A program made the position numbers and the translations under genes. Below the pieces are notes generated by a model. It was not told where the DNA came from and did not search any database. It was given only the letters and a program-made list of their open reading frames with translations. Shown piece by piece: positions 38,730-52,120 of a stretch of 64,000 bases of DNA. Source of the DNA: Octopus vulgaris (Eukaryota); assembly GCA_951406725.2 (NCBI GenBank), contig OX597822.1:58094001-58158000 (forward strand), in the 5' to 3' direction. Each line of letters opens with the position of its first letter. The first letter of the stretch is position 1.

Positions 38730-39777
38730 TCTATGCTTGAAAAGTGACACAGTTGTGTGTGTGTGTGTGTGTGTGCGAGAGAGAGAGAGAAAGAAAGTGT
38801 GTGTGACGTGTGTATGCATAAAAGAGAGAAAGCGCTGTGTTTGTATAATGTGTGTGTGTGTGTGTATAAAAGAGTGTGTTATGTGTGCGTATGACAGAGT
38901 ACGTGCTTCTGCTGTGTATGGGTGAAACTGTCTGTGTGTATATGACAGAGTATGATGTTTCTGTTAGATGTATAGGCATGAGAGGGAGACAGTCTGTGCG
39001 TGTAGACTATAAGGTTGTGTTATGCGTCTGTGAGAGAATGTGTGTGTGTGTGTGTGTGTCAGAGAATGTCTGTGTATGATAGTGATAGAGAACATGTGCT
39101 TGTGTCATTACGTTGTGTATGTATAAATGTAGGGAAGGAACTCTGAGAGAGAGAGAGAGAAAGAAAGAAAGAATGTGTCAGAGAAAAAGAATGCATTAAG
39201 TGTATGTGTATAAAGAGAGAGAGAGAGAGAGAGAGAGAGAATGTGTATGTGTGTAAGAAGACACAAATATGCGACAATGTATGTATATAAGTGCTTAGTC
39301 TAAGTGTAAGACAGATAAAAGTGTATGAAACGGTGAGAGAGGGTAGGTTGAGAAATGTGAGAGAAGGTATGCGCGTACCGGAGTGTGTGTGTGTGTGAAT
39401 ATGATATAGAGAGAGAAAAGGAGAATGTGATATAAGAAGTGTGTGTAGAAGAAACAAGAGAGAAGGTCAAAGAAATTGAAAGTGTGTAGATTTCAAAGAA
39501 AAGGCATAAGTGGGAGGGAGGGAGAGAGAGAGAGAGAGAGAGAGATATCTATATACACATACACATATACGGACAGAATGAGAGAGAGAGAGAGAGAGAG
39601 AGAGTATACTAGTTGTGTAGGCACGATAGACATAGGTGTGTACGTACTATATGTATAAACTATAAAAAGTCAGACATACAAAGGGGGTATGTGAGTTCAT
39701 TTCACAGCTGGCTCATTTGCAAAAACTTCCCCTCACATTGTACCTGTGTGTTTGTAGATTCTTTGTTTCAAGTAGAA

Positions 39778-39821
<44 letters not shown>

Positions 39822-40032
39822 CTTTAGAATAAATAATATAATACTGTCTGCATAGATATGTTCGTGATGAGGGTGGATGGATGGGTGGGTGGACACTGGC
39901 CATGACTTCTTTCAGCTCTCTCTCTCTCTCTCTCTCTTTCAAAATGCACTTGGGTGGGTGGAGTGGGACGGTTAGGATATCTGAGCTGGGTCAGCTTAAT
40001 GTGTCGTCTGTCAATGTAGACGTGTGTGTGAT

Positions 40033-40130
<98 letters not shown>

Positions 40131-40142
40131 ACATACACACAC

Positions 40143-40173
<31 letters not shown>

Positions 40174-40265
40174 TACTTAACACACAACACACATAAAATA
40201 CATACACACACACATACATGCAACATACATATACACATATGTATGTGTGTGTATATACACACACA

Positions 40266-40296
<31 letters not shown>

Positions 40297-40320
40297 TGTA
40301 TGAACAATCATATACACGTC

Positions 40321-40365
<45 letters not shown>

Positions 40366-40380
40366 TGTGTGTGTATGCAC
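38730..40380. repeat. Long low-complexity (GT/GA/TA/CA)n block
   Basis: Directly visible; source of many spurious ORFs. Confidence 0.9.
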
Positions 40381-40589
40381 ATACAGGAATATTTATTTTA
40401 CTATTGTTTCTTCGTTTGAATCCCCAGAAAACATTTCTGACGGTTCAAAAGCAGAAACTATAGTAAAATAATATTCATGAATTGATTCAGCATTCATTTC
40501 ACTGTTACTCTAAACCCAGTACTGAATACTTTACATTGTTGCATAATTTGTGTAATGTACAATTATTTCCATACACACACATGACAGAG

Positions 40590-40746
40590 GGTATTAGAAC
40601 ACGTACAATGCTAGAAATGAGAGCTAAAGTGGTCTGATGCTGCAGTCAGCGCACATAATTGAATACAAACATAGTAACAACGACCATAAACGACTGAAAT
40701 CGGCGTCATGATATCTTATTTCTAGCATTGTAGGTGTTCCAACACC
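40590..40746. mobile_element. Small MITE with ~33-bp imperfect TIRs
   Basis: GGTATTAGAACACGTACAATGCTAGAAATGAGA / TCTTATTTCTAGCATTGTAGGTGTTCCAACACC. Confidence 0.7.
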
Positions 40747-40826
40747 TTATCATTTTTAATGACAATTATAATTTTCCTGTTTGGTGACACATTGCTAAAC
40801 TGCTGCCCAATTTAATTATATCTATA

Positions 40827-40888
<62 letters not shown>

Positions 40889-41185
40889 GGCGTATGGCTT
40901 AATGATTAGGGTGTTGCACTCACGATTGCAAGATCGTGGGTTCGATTCCCAGACCGGACGTTGCATTGTGTTTTTGAGTAAAGAACTTCACTTCACATTG
41001 CTCTACGATCATTTCGTTATCTGACATGTGACACATGATGCACCTGTACAGGTAATGTCGATCTGATGGAGGGAGTGAGCTTATGTGTACACAAACATTT
41101 GATCACTAGAAACAAATCATATGTGTGGTTGTTTGGCAAGAAATTCCCGAACCCTCATACATCGTCTAACGGCAGGAGAGTCCAT

Positions 41186-41223
<38 letters not shown>

Positions 41224-42904
41224 TGTGTGTGTGTGTGTGTGTAACAATTAATAAGAGGAATGACCACTAAAGTGGATTCCTATCCGCTAGAGACAGACGT
41301 CAAATCGCCTTACCACAAAGAGTGTGTTCTCAAGAAAAAAAAACAGCAAACGCCAAAATGTAAAAAAATTAGCAAGGCAAATGAAAATTGACAAAATAAA
41401 ACGATTACCTACGTATCATGATTTCATTATTAATACTTGCAAAATGCAAGTATCTGTAAATCCTCAGCGTAGGGTGATCTTAATTTATATATATATTTAT
41501 ATATATATATATATATAGGTTGTTCCCAGTGCCGCTGGACTGACTCCTGTGCAGGTGGCACGTAAAAAACACCATTTGAGCGTGACCATTGCCAGTACCA
41601 CCAGACTGGCCCTCGTGTCCGTGGCATGTAAAAGCACCCACTACACTCTCGGAGAGGTTGGCATTAGGAAGGACATCCAGCTGTAGAAACTCTGCCAGAT
41701 CAAGATTGGAGCGTGGTGCAGCCATCTGGTTCGCCAGTCCTCAGTCAAGTCACCCAACCCATGCTAGCATGGAAAGCAGACGTTAAATGATGATGATGAT
41801 GATATATTACTCTAGCACTACTTCTAATCTGATTTTTCCAGGGTTTTTGTTGAGTCATGACTTTCCTAAAGATGTTCAATTAAGTATCAATATGAACATA
41901 TGTCTTATCAGCATGAAAGGCCCCCAAATGTTCCTGGTCTGTACTGCCCTTTCTCTGATTTATGCTATTAAAAAAAAAACCTATATTATCTTACTTAAAA
42001 ACAGCAGCAAGCTGGTAGAATTGTTATGGTGCCGAAAAACATGCTTAATTTTGTGGTAAGTTCTTCCAACTTTACATTCCAAGTTCAAATGCCACTGGGG
42101 TTGACTTTACCTTTCATCCTTTTGGGGTTGATAAAATAAGTACCAGTTGAGCATTGAGGACAACTAGATCCATCCTTTAAAATTTCAGGCCTTGTGCCTA
42201 TAGTAGGAAGGATTAAAGTTTCCACTTTTCAAATTTTGCATGAATTTTAGTGGATTACTCCTGAAATGAAGTCCAAATTATTAGTATATAGAATCTTCCT
42301 TAGTGGCTATTCATGTTAGGAACTAACAATAACAGATCTAGATTTTTTTTTCCAGCTTTGGCAGATGGGAAGACAGGGTTAACAAGCTGATTAGCAACCT
42401 GCTAGAAACAACAACCAAATCTCTCACATTTCATCCAATCATCTTAAACACAAAAGAAAAACAAATTGGAAGACTGAATAAAAGATAGAGTGGACATGGC
42501 TGGAACATTGTTAATTTATTAAATTATAAACTGCTAGAGTTTATTCTATGAATAGAAACCACTCGGATTGTTCATTATTGGTTATTTAACTATCTTTGAG
42601 ACAACTTATAACACACTTTTATCTTTTACTTCCTTCAGTCATTGGATTGTAGTCATGCTGGGCCACTGTCTTGAACAAATCAATCCTGATACTTCTTCTA
42701 TCGATGTCTTTTTGCTGAATCAAAGATATCAACAAATGAATACCAGTTGTCAAACAGTGTTGGGACAAACACACACACATGATGGGTTTCTTTCAGTTTC
42801 TGTCTACTAAATCCACTCACAAGGTTTTGGTTGGCCTGAGACTATAGTAGTGGGACTTAAACCCCAAACCATGTGGTTTAGAAGCAAACTTCTTGCCATA
42901 CAGC

Positions 42905-43518
42905 CAGCACTGGATTAGCCATTAACAAAATAAGCACATGCTTTGGGCATGAAGGGAAGTGGTGCATCACAGAAGAAATTATTTTAAAACTGCTAGAATA
43001 ATATTCAAAGTAGTTTATGTAATTGGAAATATAACTTCAAATGTTCACAATGCCATAGTGAAGATCTGATCAATGACTTTGCAACTAAAAAAAGTAAGAG
43101 AAAACTTTTCAAATATAGATAAAGTGTAAGTATATATTTCTTTACTGCCCACAAGGGACTAAACATAGAGGGGACAAACAAGGACCAACAAAGGGATTAA
43201 GCCGATTACATCGACCCCAGTGCGAAACTGGTACTTTATTTATTGATCCCGAAAGGATGAAAGGCAAAGTCAACCTCGGCGGAATTTGAACTCAGAACGT
43301 AACGACAGATGAAATACCGCTAAGCATGTCGCCTGGCGTGCTAACAATTCTGCCAGCTCGCCACCATATAGATAAAGTGTAAGTATAACATCTTACTGTT
43401 AGGTTGGTTTCATTTTGAAAAATAAAATTTGGTTTATTGTTTATATTTTGAATTACATATATGTGGGGCAACAAAATCTTTTGTGCTTTGGGCCCCCGTG
43501 GGTCTTAATCTGGCCCTG
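42905..43518 (+). mobile_element. Non-autonomous hAT element inside SINE B, itself containing SINE A (43135-43365, minus)
   Basis: Perfect 8-bp TSD CATACAGC; ends CAGCACTGGATTA / TAATCTGGCCCTG; retains hAT C-terminal-like EDLINDFATKKSKRK; inner SINE has 22-bp TSD ATATAGATAAAGTGTAAGTATA. Confidence 0.85.
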
Positions 43519-44599
43519 CATACAGCCATTCCTGCACCTAACTGTGCAGCATGTTGAGAATTCATTTTTATAGACTAACAGGGTTTAAACCATGACAATT
43601 CTGCTGTGTGGATAACTTAGGAATAGGTTTTAGCCTCAATACCTCAGACTGCTACAAAAACATGTATTTCTACATCTTTCTTGATCTGCTAAGTAGAGCA
43701 GAATGAGATACTTTTTGTAGAATTTGTTAGTCTTTTCTTGAATCAACTTATGGGTTCATAAGTGTGTTTCTTTCTACTATAACCCTGGACTGCCAAAGCT
43801 TTATGAGTGTATTTTGTGAACAGAAACTGAAAAGAAGCTTCTTGTGTGTATTTGTGTCCTTGTCTTGACATTGCAGGATAGTTGTAAATGAGTGTCACTG
43901 TCACAGAAGCAGTGTCATTCATTTCCAAAATTCTCTGAGAACATGTCTGGCCTTTGGGGAAGTATTACCTTGCTTGAATACAGGTGAGGGCTGGAGGCAG
44001 GAAGATCAGCCATCCTTAGAAAATCTGTCTAACCCATGCAAGCATAGAAAAGTAGACATTGATAATGACGAAACACATTAATCCTTTAGCATTTAAACTG
44101 GCCATGTCCAACCCAAATATTCTGCTTGTTTTGTATTCAAAATGGCTAGATCTGGCCTCTTACATGTACCCTACAATAAACATTGACATCATCAAAATCT
44201 TTAAGTTGTGAGATAATGCATGATAACTTCAGAATGAATATGAACAAATAAGCTCTACGTGAGACAGAGAAGTCTGAATGCTAAAGGGTTAATTCACAAC
44301 AGGGCTAAATGCTAAAAATCTCAGATTAAACTTTTCATCAGTTCATTGGATCATACATCAATCTTATTAAAAAAAAAAAAAAAAAAACCTAACAGAATCC
44401 CCTAAATTCACCTTCATCATTTTATCGTCCATTTTCCTACTGTCACATGGTCAGACAGAATTTTGTTGAGGCAGATTTTCTATGGCCAGAAGCCCTTCTT
44501 CATGCCAACCCACACTTGTCTCCAATTAGGGTAAATGATATTTCCCAATGGCCAGACATATTTTCACAGAATATGGAAAATGAAGGAGACTGCTATCAA

Positions 44600-44815
44600 G
44601 GCAACACACACACCCACAAATACATGTGCACACATACACACACATATGCACACACAAATACATGTGCACACATACACACACATATATGCGCACACAAATA
44701 CATGTACATGTATACACACACAAATACATGTACATGCATACAAATACATGTGCACGTACACACAAACGCATGTACATGCATGTGCACGTGCACATGCACA
44801 CATACATGTATGTAT
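44600..44815. repeat. Degenerate CA-rich minisatellite (CACACAAATACATGTG-like units)
   Basis: Directly visible. Confidence 0.8.
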
Positions 44816-45044
44816 GAGCTTCTTTCATGATCTTTGATTAAACGTTCATATGATATGGTGATCCTGTTGTCTGCTAGAAAATAGTAGAGGTTTGCTTCCC
44901 TGCTTGCTTTATATATCAGGTGCAGATTGCATCGATACCCAGTTGGTGGAAGATCCTCTTGGGGTTAAAAACGGTAGTAATGTCAATTCCTATGGAACAG
45001 CCACATTGATGTGATGATAAACATTACTTCTCAGTATAAAATAA

Positions 45045-45302
45045 TATTAATAAATGTTCCTTCTCGAGCCATGCCAGGCTCATAAGGGCTGGTTTCCCAG
45101 TTTCAGTGGCATAGAAATTCCCCACCTGGACAGGACGCTGGTCCGTCGCAGGATTACTCATTTTTGACAGCTGAGTGGACTGGAGTAACATGAAATGAAG
45201 TGTTTTGCTCAAGAACACAACAAATCACCCGGTCCAGGAATTGAAACCACAACCTTATGATCATGAGTTCAACACCCTAACCACTAAGCCACGCGCCTCC
45301 AC
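45045..45302 (-). mobile_element. SINE family C
   Basis: 14-bp TSD TACTTCTCAGTATA; tRNA-like head GTGGAGGCGCGTGGCTTAGTGGTTAGG on the minus strand. Confidence 0.85.
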
Positions 45303-45805
45303 ATACTTCTCAGTATAGTTACTACTTTCACCCCTTATAGACAGATTTTCTAACTAGTTATTCGTAAGAATGTTTAATCGAAATTCGTAAGAAAGAAAAG
45401 ACAAAACTAACATTTATGAACAGTTGATATAATTTATATCACCTTATGAGAAGGGTGTGTTTCTTGGGAGCCTCTTAAATCAGAGAATCAAAATTTGAGT
45501 CAGCTTTGGTATGATTCAATCTAAAGACTATTACTTGTTTACATTTTAGCATCAAGGCCTAAGAAGATGGAGGCTTTGAGTTACATAGGTCTAGAAATAG
45601 GCTGGTACATCTGTCATCATAGGTTTACCTTGGGCTAAACCACAACCATGACATTTGTGAACATGGAGTTGTATATTGAATGTATACAAAACAAGGACAA
45701 TCTTCTTGACTGAAGATTGAAGGCTTCGAATGTCCCATCCGTGTTTCTTGCATTGCCTTCTAAATGTTTTACGTTCTTGTCCCAGTTTGTATTTTTCTAC
45801 ATATA

Positions 45806-45839
<34 letters not shown>

Positions 45840-47889
45840 TTGTGCCCCCCCCCCCCACATCGCTTGACAACCGATGCTGGTGTGTTTACGTCCCCGTAAT
45901 TTAGTGGTTTGGCAAAAGAGATTGATAGAATAAGTACCAGGCTTACAAAGAATAAGTCCTGGGGTCGATTTGCTCAACTAAAGGCGGTGCTCCAGCATGG
46001 CCGCAGTCAAATGACTGAAACAAGTATAAGAAAGTAAGAGAGAGTATCTTGGAAAGAGACCGAAAGAGAATGTGTTTTGTTGCAAAATGGAGACAAATAG
46101 TTATTAGAAATTCTGTCCAAAATTAGATAGAAAGATTTCCTCAGCTCTACCAGAATTCTGGTTGTAGAAGTTTCTGGGAGAAATATATATATATTAAAAA
46201 AAAAACACACACAAATTATCTCTGTCTCTCATTCTTTCTTTCACACACATACACACAGCTTACAGACAAACATCTAGGGCAGACAGACAGATAATAACAG
46301 ATCAATATCAAAAGTAACAAAATATCCTTGTATATGATATTACAGTCAGCAATATTGGTGATGGAGGATTAAGAAGAGAGATATATATCTTCTCTGCTTT
46401 TCATATATATGTATACACAATATGTATACACCCTATTCACCATCATCATCATCATCATCATATGTCTGCTTTCCCATGCTGGTCTTTTTCACTTTAATAT
46501 CCTCCCAGATAGGTCAGGAATGTCTCGTATTCATTTTTTAATTCTTTTATTTGTTTCAGTCATTTGATTGTGGCCATGCTGGAGCATCGCCTTTAGTTGA
46601 ACAAATCGACCCCCGGACTTGTTCTTTACAAGCTTAGTACTTATTCTATCGATCTCTTTTGCTGAACCGCTAAGTTACAGGGATGTAAACACACTAACCT
46701 CAGTTGTCAAGTGATGGTGGGGGTTCAAACACAGAAACACAAACACACACATCTATCTGTCTCTCTCTCTCTCTATCTCTATATATATATATATATGATG
46801 AACTTCTTTCAGTTTCCATCTACCAAATCCACTCACAAGGCTTTGGTTGGCCCGGGGCTATAGTAGAAGACACTTGGCCAAGGTGCCACGCAGTGGGACT
46901 GAGCCCAGGGCCTTGTGGTTGGTAGGCAAGCTACTTACTACACAGCCACTCCTGTGCCTATATATGCTTATTTATTTATTTATTTTAGCAAAGCTTTCTA
47001 TAACTGGATGCTCCTTCTATTGCCAATCAGATGGCATTTATACTAGACAGGTCGTTTTTTGGCCCCAGCAAGAGAATCACTTCTTCCCTGTGTCATGCTT
47101 GATGCTTTGTTTTCTTCATTCCTTCACAACAAACATGGCACTTTAAGCAAGTACCCTCTTGTGAGTGGATTTGGTAGACAGAAACTAAAAGATCATTGTA
47201 TGTGTTTGTGCCTTTGTGTCTGTATTTGTCCCCAACTACCACTTGACAACAAGTGTCTTTATGTTCCTGTAATTTAGTGGTTTGGCAAAAAAAATCAGTA
47301 GAATAAGTACCAGACTATAAAAAAAGATCCTAGGGTCAATTCATTCAACTAAAAATTCTTTAAGGTGGTGCCCCAGCATGGCCACAGTCTAATAACTGAA
47401 ACAAGATAAAGATAAAACTGGCAAGGAGAAAACCCAACCAAAGGGTGACAGTAGAGAAAATACAGAGGGAAAGAGAGAGAGAGAGAGAGAGTGAGAATGA
47501 CTATTATATGGCATTCATTAGTAAGGAGGGTGAATAGAAGCAGCATAAGTGGTGTGATGGGAAGGAGACAGGGTGAAGGAGTAATGTGTGTGTGTGAGAG
47601 AAAGGGAGAGTAATAGATAGCAATAAAATGAGTGATAGCAAGTGAGGGAGAGTGATGAATACCAGTAATGAGTAACAGGAGATTAATGACTAGTTATGAG
47701 GTTATAGTGAAGAGGAGATTGAATACAGAGAGATCCAGTGCAATACCATCCCTCATTATTCAGGATAGTAGGAAAGCACATGATAGTGTAAAGGGTGAAA
47801 GATAGAGGAGAAAGTAATGGAGAGAGAGGGAGATCAGTAAATGAATACTTGATATAAGCATAATGAGTGAGAGTGTGGCCCAACCATTA

Positions 47890-48802
47890 TCAATCATCAT
47901 TATCATAATTTAATGTCCATTTTCCATGCTGACATGGGTTGGATGGTTTGACAGGAGCTGGCTAGCTGAAGAGCTGCCCAGGCTTCGCATCTGTTTTGGC
48001 ATGGTTTTTACAGCCAGATGCCCTTTCTAAGACCAACCACTTTACAGAGTGTACTGGGAGCTCTTATGCAGCACTAGCATATGTTCATTTATGTGACACC
48101 AGCACCCATGAACCTGCAAGGTTAAGAATTGCTCAGCTGGAAAGCGATGCAGGGGCCTTTACTTAGCTTGATGTGTCTTTTCAAGCACAGCAGCCTGCCA
48201 GGAGTTTCAGTCCCCTGTCACCCCTTCTGTGAGTTCTACATGTTTCCTCTGCAATTTGAGATTGGCAACTCTTGATGCAACTGTTTTCATTCATACACAT
48301 TACATGGCCATACCAGCGCAGTCTTCTCTCTTGCATGCTACATCTGATGCTTCGTGTACCCAGTTTTTCTTTCAAATCACTTACACTCTGTCATATATGC
48401 ACACTGACATTACCCATCTAGTGGAGCATACTGGCTTCATATTTTTATGTCTCCTTTCCAATGCTTACATGAATTATGGCCTCTTAGAAATCAGTCTTCT
48501 GATTTTGTTCCATGTCTTCCATAAGTTTCTCCACTTTACCTGACATTCTCCATATGCATCACCTGCTAATACCAGCAAAATCTTCTCTCCTGTTTCATCA
48601 GATCCCAGTTATATCCAGTTTTTCTCTCAGCTCACTTGTGCTCCATTGTTCACGCATACTAACCACATTCTATTGCTCATGCTCACCTTTCTTTCTGGCC
48701 TTCACAAATCTTACAGATTCAAGGCTCTCATGTCTTGGTGTCATACATCAGCTTTTTCAAACTTTGCACTTGTATATGCTTTATGCAATCTGCCCTTCAC
48801 TC
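47890..48802 (-). mobile_element. RTE-clade LINE remnants (RT C-terminus plus 3' end), two diverged tandem pieces
   Basis: KEKLGTRSIRCSMQERRLRWYGHV motif; second piece QERRFCWY and RVKGRL; 3' tail shared with the (GAT)n family. Confidence 0.75.
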
Positions 48803-49676
48803 TGACTGAGTGAAGGGCAGATTGCATCAAGAGGTGACAATCTCAAACTGTAGAGGAATCATGTGGACCTCACAGAAGGGATGACACAGGAGACTGAGAC
48901 CTCTGTTAGTCTGCTGTGCTTGAAAAGACACATTGTTGCCAGCATAAATAACAACTCCCTCACCTAATTCTTACTCTGACAACTGCACTTTCAGAATGTA
49001 CCACTTCCACTGGTGACTTGTCCACTTAGATAACAAAAGTTTCTAGCGAGCCTTCTAAGCCACTAAGGGAGCTTATTTAAATTTATGTGCACCCTTACTG
49101 CTAATTGCTCCTATAACTCCACTAAAGGCTTAATTAAATCTGATAGACTGATTTATGTATATAATGCATTCTTAGCATCTGGTTCAGTTAATAAATTATT
49201 GGTGTGTTAAGATTACTTCAATCCTGTACTACAGATTGAATTAACAGATTTTAGCCCACACTGTATGTAAGTCAACAGTTTTAAAAACCCTACCTCTATA
49301 TCTTTTTTACTAATTAATTTACTAATTAATTTGTAGATTACATACAGTGATTACACAGGAAAACAGGAAATAACCAGATTCTGTGTTGGGATTTCATTAT
49401 CGACCCAAGTACCCTGTTTATAAACCAATTATTATTGAGGATTTAAGCAAATTCAACACTTTGATTTGCATTTATCATACAATCTTGGCTTGTTCAATCA
49501 ATTGATAAATTATTGATGTATTTGCAGTGCTTTGTTTCAATGCTAGATGGTACTACAGATTGCATCTTTAGATTTTAGCCAACACAATAAATATTTAATA
49601 CAAAGCTATAAACATATTATCTTTATTCTTTTTCTACTATACTATATATCTTAATAACAGTGTCTCTGGGTAGTCA

Positions 49677-49718
49677 GTTGCTGATGAAATCCCAGCATAG
49701 ATTTGGAACTAGTCCAAC
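49677..49718 (+). ncRNA. Minimal hammerhead ribozyme motif (one core substitution)
   Basis: GTTG-CTGATGA-AATC-CCAGCATA-GATT-T-GGAA-CTAG-TC-CAAC: stem I GTTG/CAAC, palindromic stem III ACTAGT, GTC cleavage triplet. Confidence 0.6.
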
Positions 49719-49835
49719 AGATCCTTTTTTTCTATCCATGAAGTTATTGCATATGGAGATCAGGTATTTACACCTGTCTGTTACTGTGTTGGGTAAAATC
49801 GATAGTTATATTTTGTAAGAACACACACATATGTA

Positions 49836-50322
49836 GTGTGTATTCTGCCCAGTGCCATCTTAAAGCATAAACTCATTAGGATCCTACACATTTAGTTGCT
49901 CAAAATGAATTCAATATGCTGTGGCTTGGTGTTAATAAATAAATATTGTAAGCCCCAGCGCACTGCTTTGCTTGGGGGCCTATAATGCTGCTAAAATGAT
50001 CATGACTGTTTTTTCCCCCCCTATTGTATACAACTTCACTCCATGATGAAAGACACCTCTACTTCTATATGTATAACTACATATGTGTGTGTTCTATGCT
50101 ACACTACATATGTGTGTGTTCTATGTAGTTATACATATAGAAGTAGAGGTGTCTTTCATCATGGAGTGAAGTTGTATACAATAGGGGGGAAAAAACAGTC
50201 AGGATCATTTTAGCAGCATTATAAGCCCCCAAGCCACAGCATATTGAATTCATTTTGAGCAACTAAATGTGTAGGATCCTAATGAGTTTATGCTTTAAGA
50301 TGGCACTGGGCAGAATACACAC
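49836..50322. repeat. Large near-perfect inverted duplication (palindrome)
   Basis: Left arm 49836-50083 and right arm 50122-50322 are reverse complements apart from a 46-bp indel and a few substitutions. Confidence 0.95.
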
Positions 50323-50344
50323 ACACACACAAAACTAAGTTAGG

Positions 50345-51165
50345 TTTTGACCATTATTGGCTTATGCCTAACTTAATAGCACCTTTGGAGGTGGATTTTT
50401 AAGTTATGTTTTAGGACATCATAGTCCACTCAAATAGGGAGCTGTTTGCCAAGATGTAGCCAGGTGCCATGTTAGTGGTTTGTGTGGTATTTCTTGGAGG
50501 AATTTGTGCAGGTACAGTTTGAAATGTTATGAGATCCTTTACCTTATTTACTTATTTTGATGTGCTACATAAGGCAGGGCCAACTGAGGTACAAAAAGTT
50601 GTGTTATATGAAGTGAGCTTGATTTTTGGAGAAAGCATATCTCTGAGGCTAAGCCTTGGACAATTGTGAATTTCATACAGGCAGCGTCTGAAATATTTTT
50701 CACATTGAGTAAAAAATATAGTGCTTACAGTGGCATTGGAAAGAAGAAAGTTTGAGATTTTCAAGGTGATCTCCATAGGGATACCAATTATTATTCTTGT
50801 GATGGCTCTCTTGGGTTCTTCAATTCTTACAATGTTTTGTGTATAGAAACTATTGTGGGTGGTAATATTCATGGTGAGATCTGACAAATGTAGAGAAGAT
50901 ATCAGGAACTCGTTACTAGAAATTTCTAAGCATCCACAAACATATTTTGTAGGCCATACTGATTTTATTGTTGATGTGTGCACTCCTACTTAGATTGTTG
51001 TCCGTACTTAATCCGAAGTCTCTACATCTTATTTAATACTAAAGTTCTTCCCTTGAAGAGAGAGAATGTTGCAGTTTAAGTATATACTCTTTTTCAAAGT
51101 AGATGAACTTGAATCTTTCCTCATTTAGCTGCACAGTATTATTTTTTTTGTCTTTTGATCCATTG
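50345..51165 (-). mobile_element. Decayed ORF1/gag-like remnant of a non-LTR element
   Basis: 143-aa ORF with IEEPKRAITRIIIGIPMEIT, extending upstream in frame through stops; downstream LQRCY may be a zinc-knuckle remnant. Confidence 0.3.
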
Positions 51166-51802
51166 AATCTCAATGTACTGCTCAGGTTGAAAATACGAGT
51201 GTGTGCACACACATATGTCCCTTTAAAAATAATTTTCTGCAAGTAAATAACTATATATGAAACTGAGCATTTGTATCTCTTGGATTCTCAATGGGTGCTT
51301 CTTAGTAAATGTATCTCAGTATCACAGTATTGATCAGACGTAGGAGTGGCTGTGTGGTAAGTAGCTTGCTTACGAACCACATGATTCTGGGTTTAGTCCC
51401 ACTGGGTGGCACCTAAGTGTCTTCTACTATAGCCTCGGGCCAACCAAAGCTTTGTGAGTGGATTTGGTAGACGGAGACTGAAAGAAGCTCGTCGCATGTA
51501 TGTGTGTGTGTGTATGTTTGTGTGTCTGTGTTTGTCCCCTCAACATCGCTTGACAACCAGTGCTAGTGTGTTTACATCCCCATAACTTAACAGTTCGGCA
51601 AAAAAGGCTGACAGAAAAAGTACTGGGCTTACAAGGAATAAGTCCTGGGTTCAATTTGCTTAGGTGGTGCTCCAGCATGGCTACAGTCAAATGACTGAAA
51701 CAAGTGAAAGAGTAAAAGAGACCACCAATGGTCGCAATGCATTTCCAATTTTGTCTTGATTTTATTATTATTGTTGTTATATTGCATCTTAAAAGCTAAA
51801 AC

Positions 51803-51846
<44 letters not shown>

Positions 51847-51878
51847 CATACACACACAAGTGCACCTTTGATGCAAGT

Positions 51879-51984
51879 CTGATGAGGTGCCACTCTAATG
51901 TCTAAAATTGCACATATGTAAATTTTTACTTCGAATAGTGTGTAATCTGGCATTGCAAACAGAGTTGGTACAGAAACAATTGTA
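51879..51984 (+). ncRNA. Hammerhead-like motif with extended stem II
   Basis: CTGATGA-GGTGCCACTCT...AGAGTTGGTACA-GAAA-CAATTG-TA; palindromic stem III ACAATTGT; stem I poor. Confidence 0.45.
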
Positions 51985-52042
51985 ATGAATCATTAAAGAC
52001 TCCTATGTCTTATTATTTGCATTTCACACACACACAAACACA

Positions 52043-52120
<78 letters not shown>

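Noticed and set aside
38730-40463. Cluster of long ORFs (up to 157 aa)
   Set aside because: Translations of dinucleotide repeats (YIYI, CVCV, HTHT); no coding complexity
44447-44837. Six overlapping ORFs rich in His/Thr/Cys
   Set aside because: Arise from a stop-free CA/TG minisatellite
45705-45740. CTGAAGA...CGAAT hammerhead-like motif
   Set aside because: No convincing stem II and the GAAA box is absent
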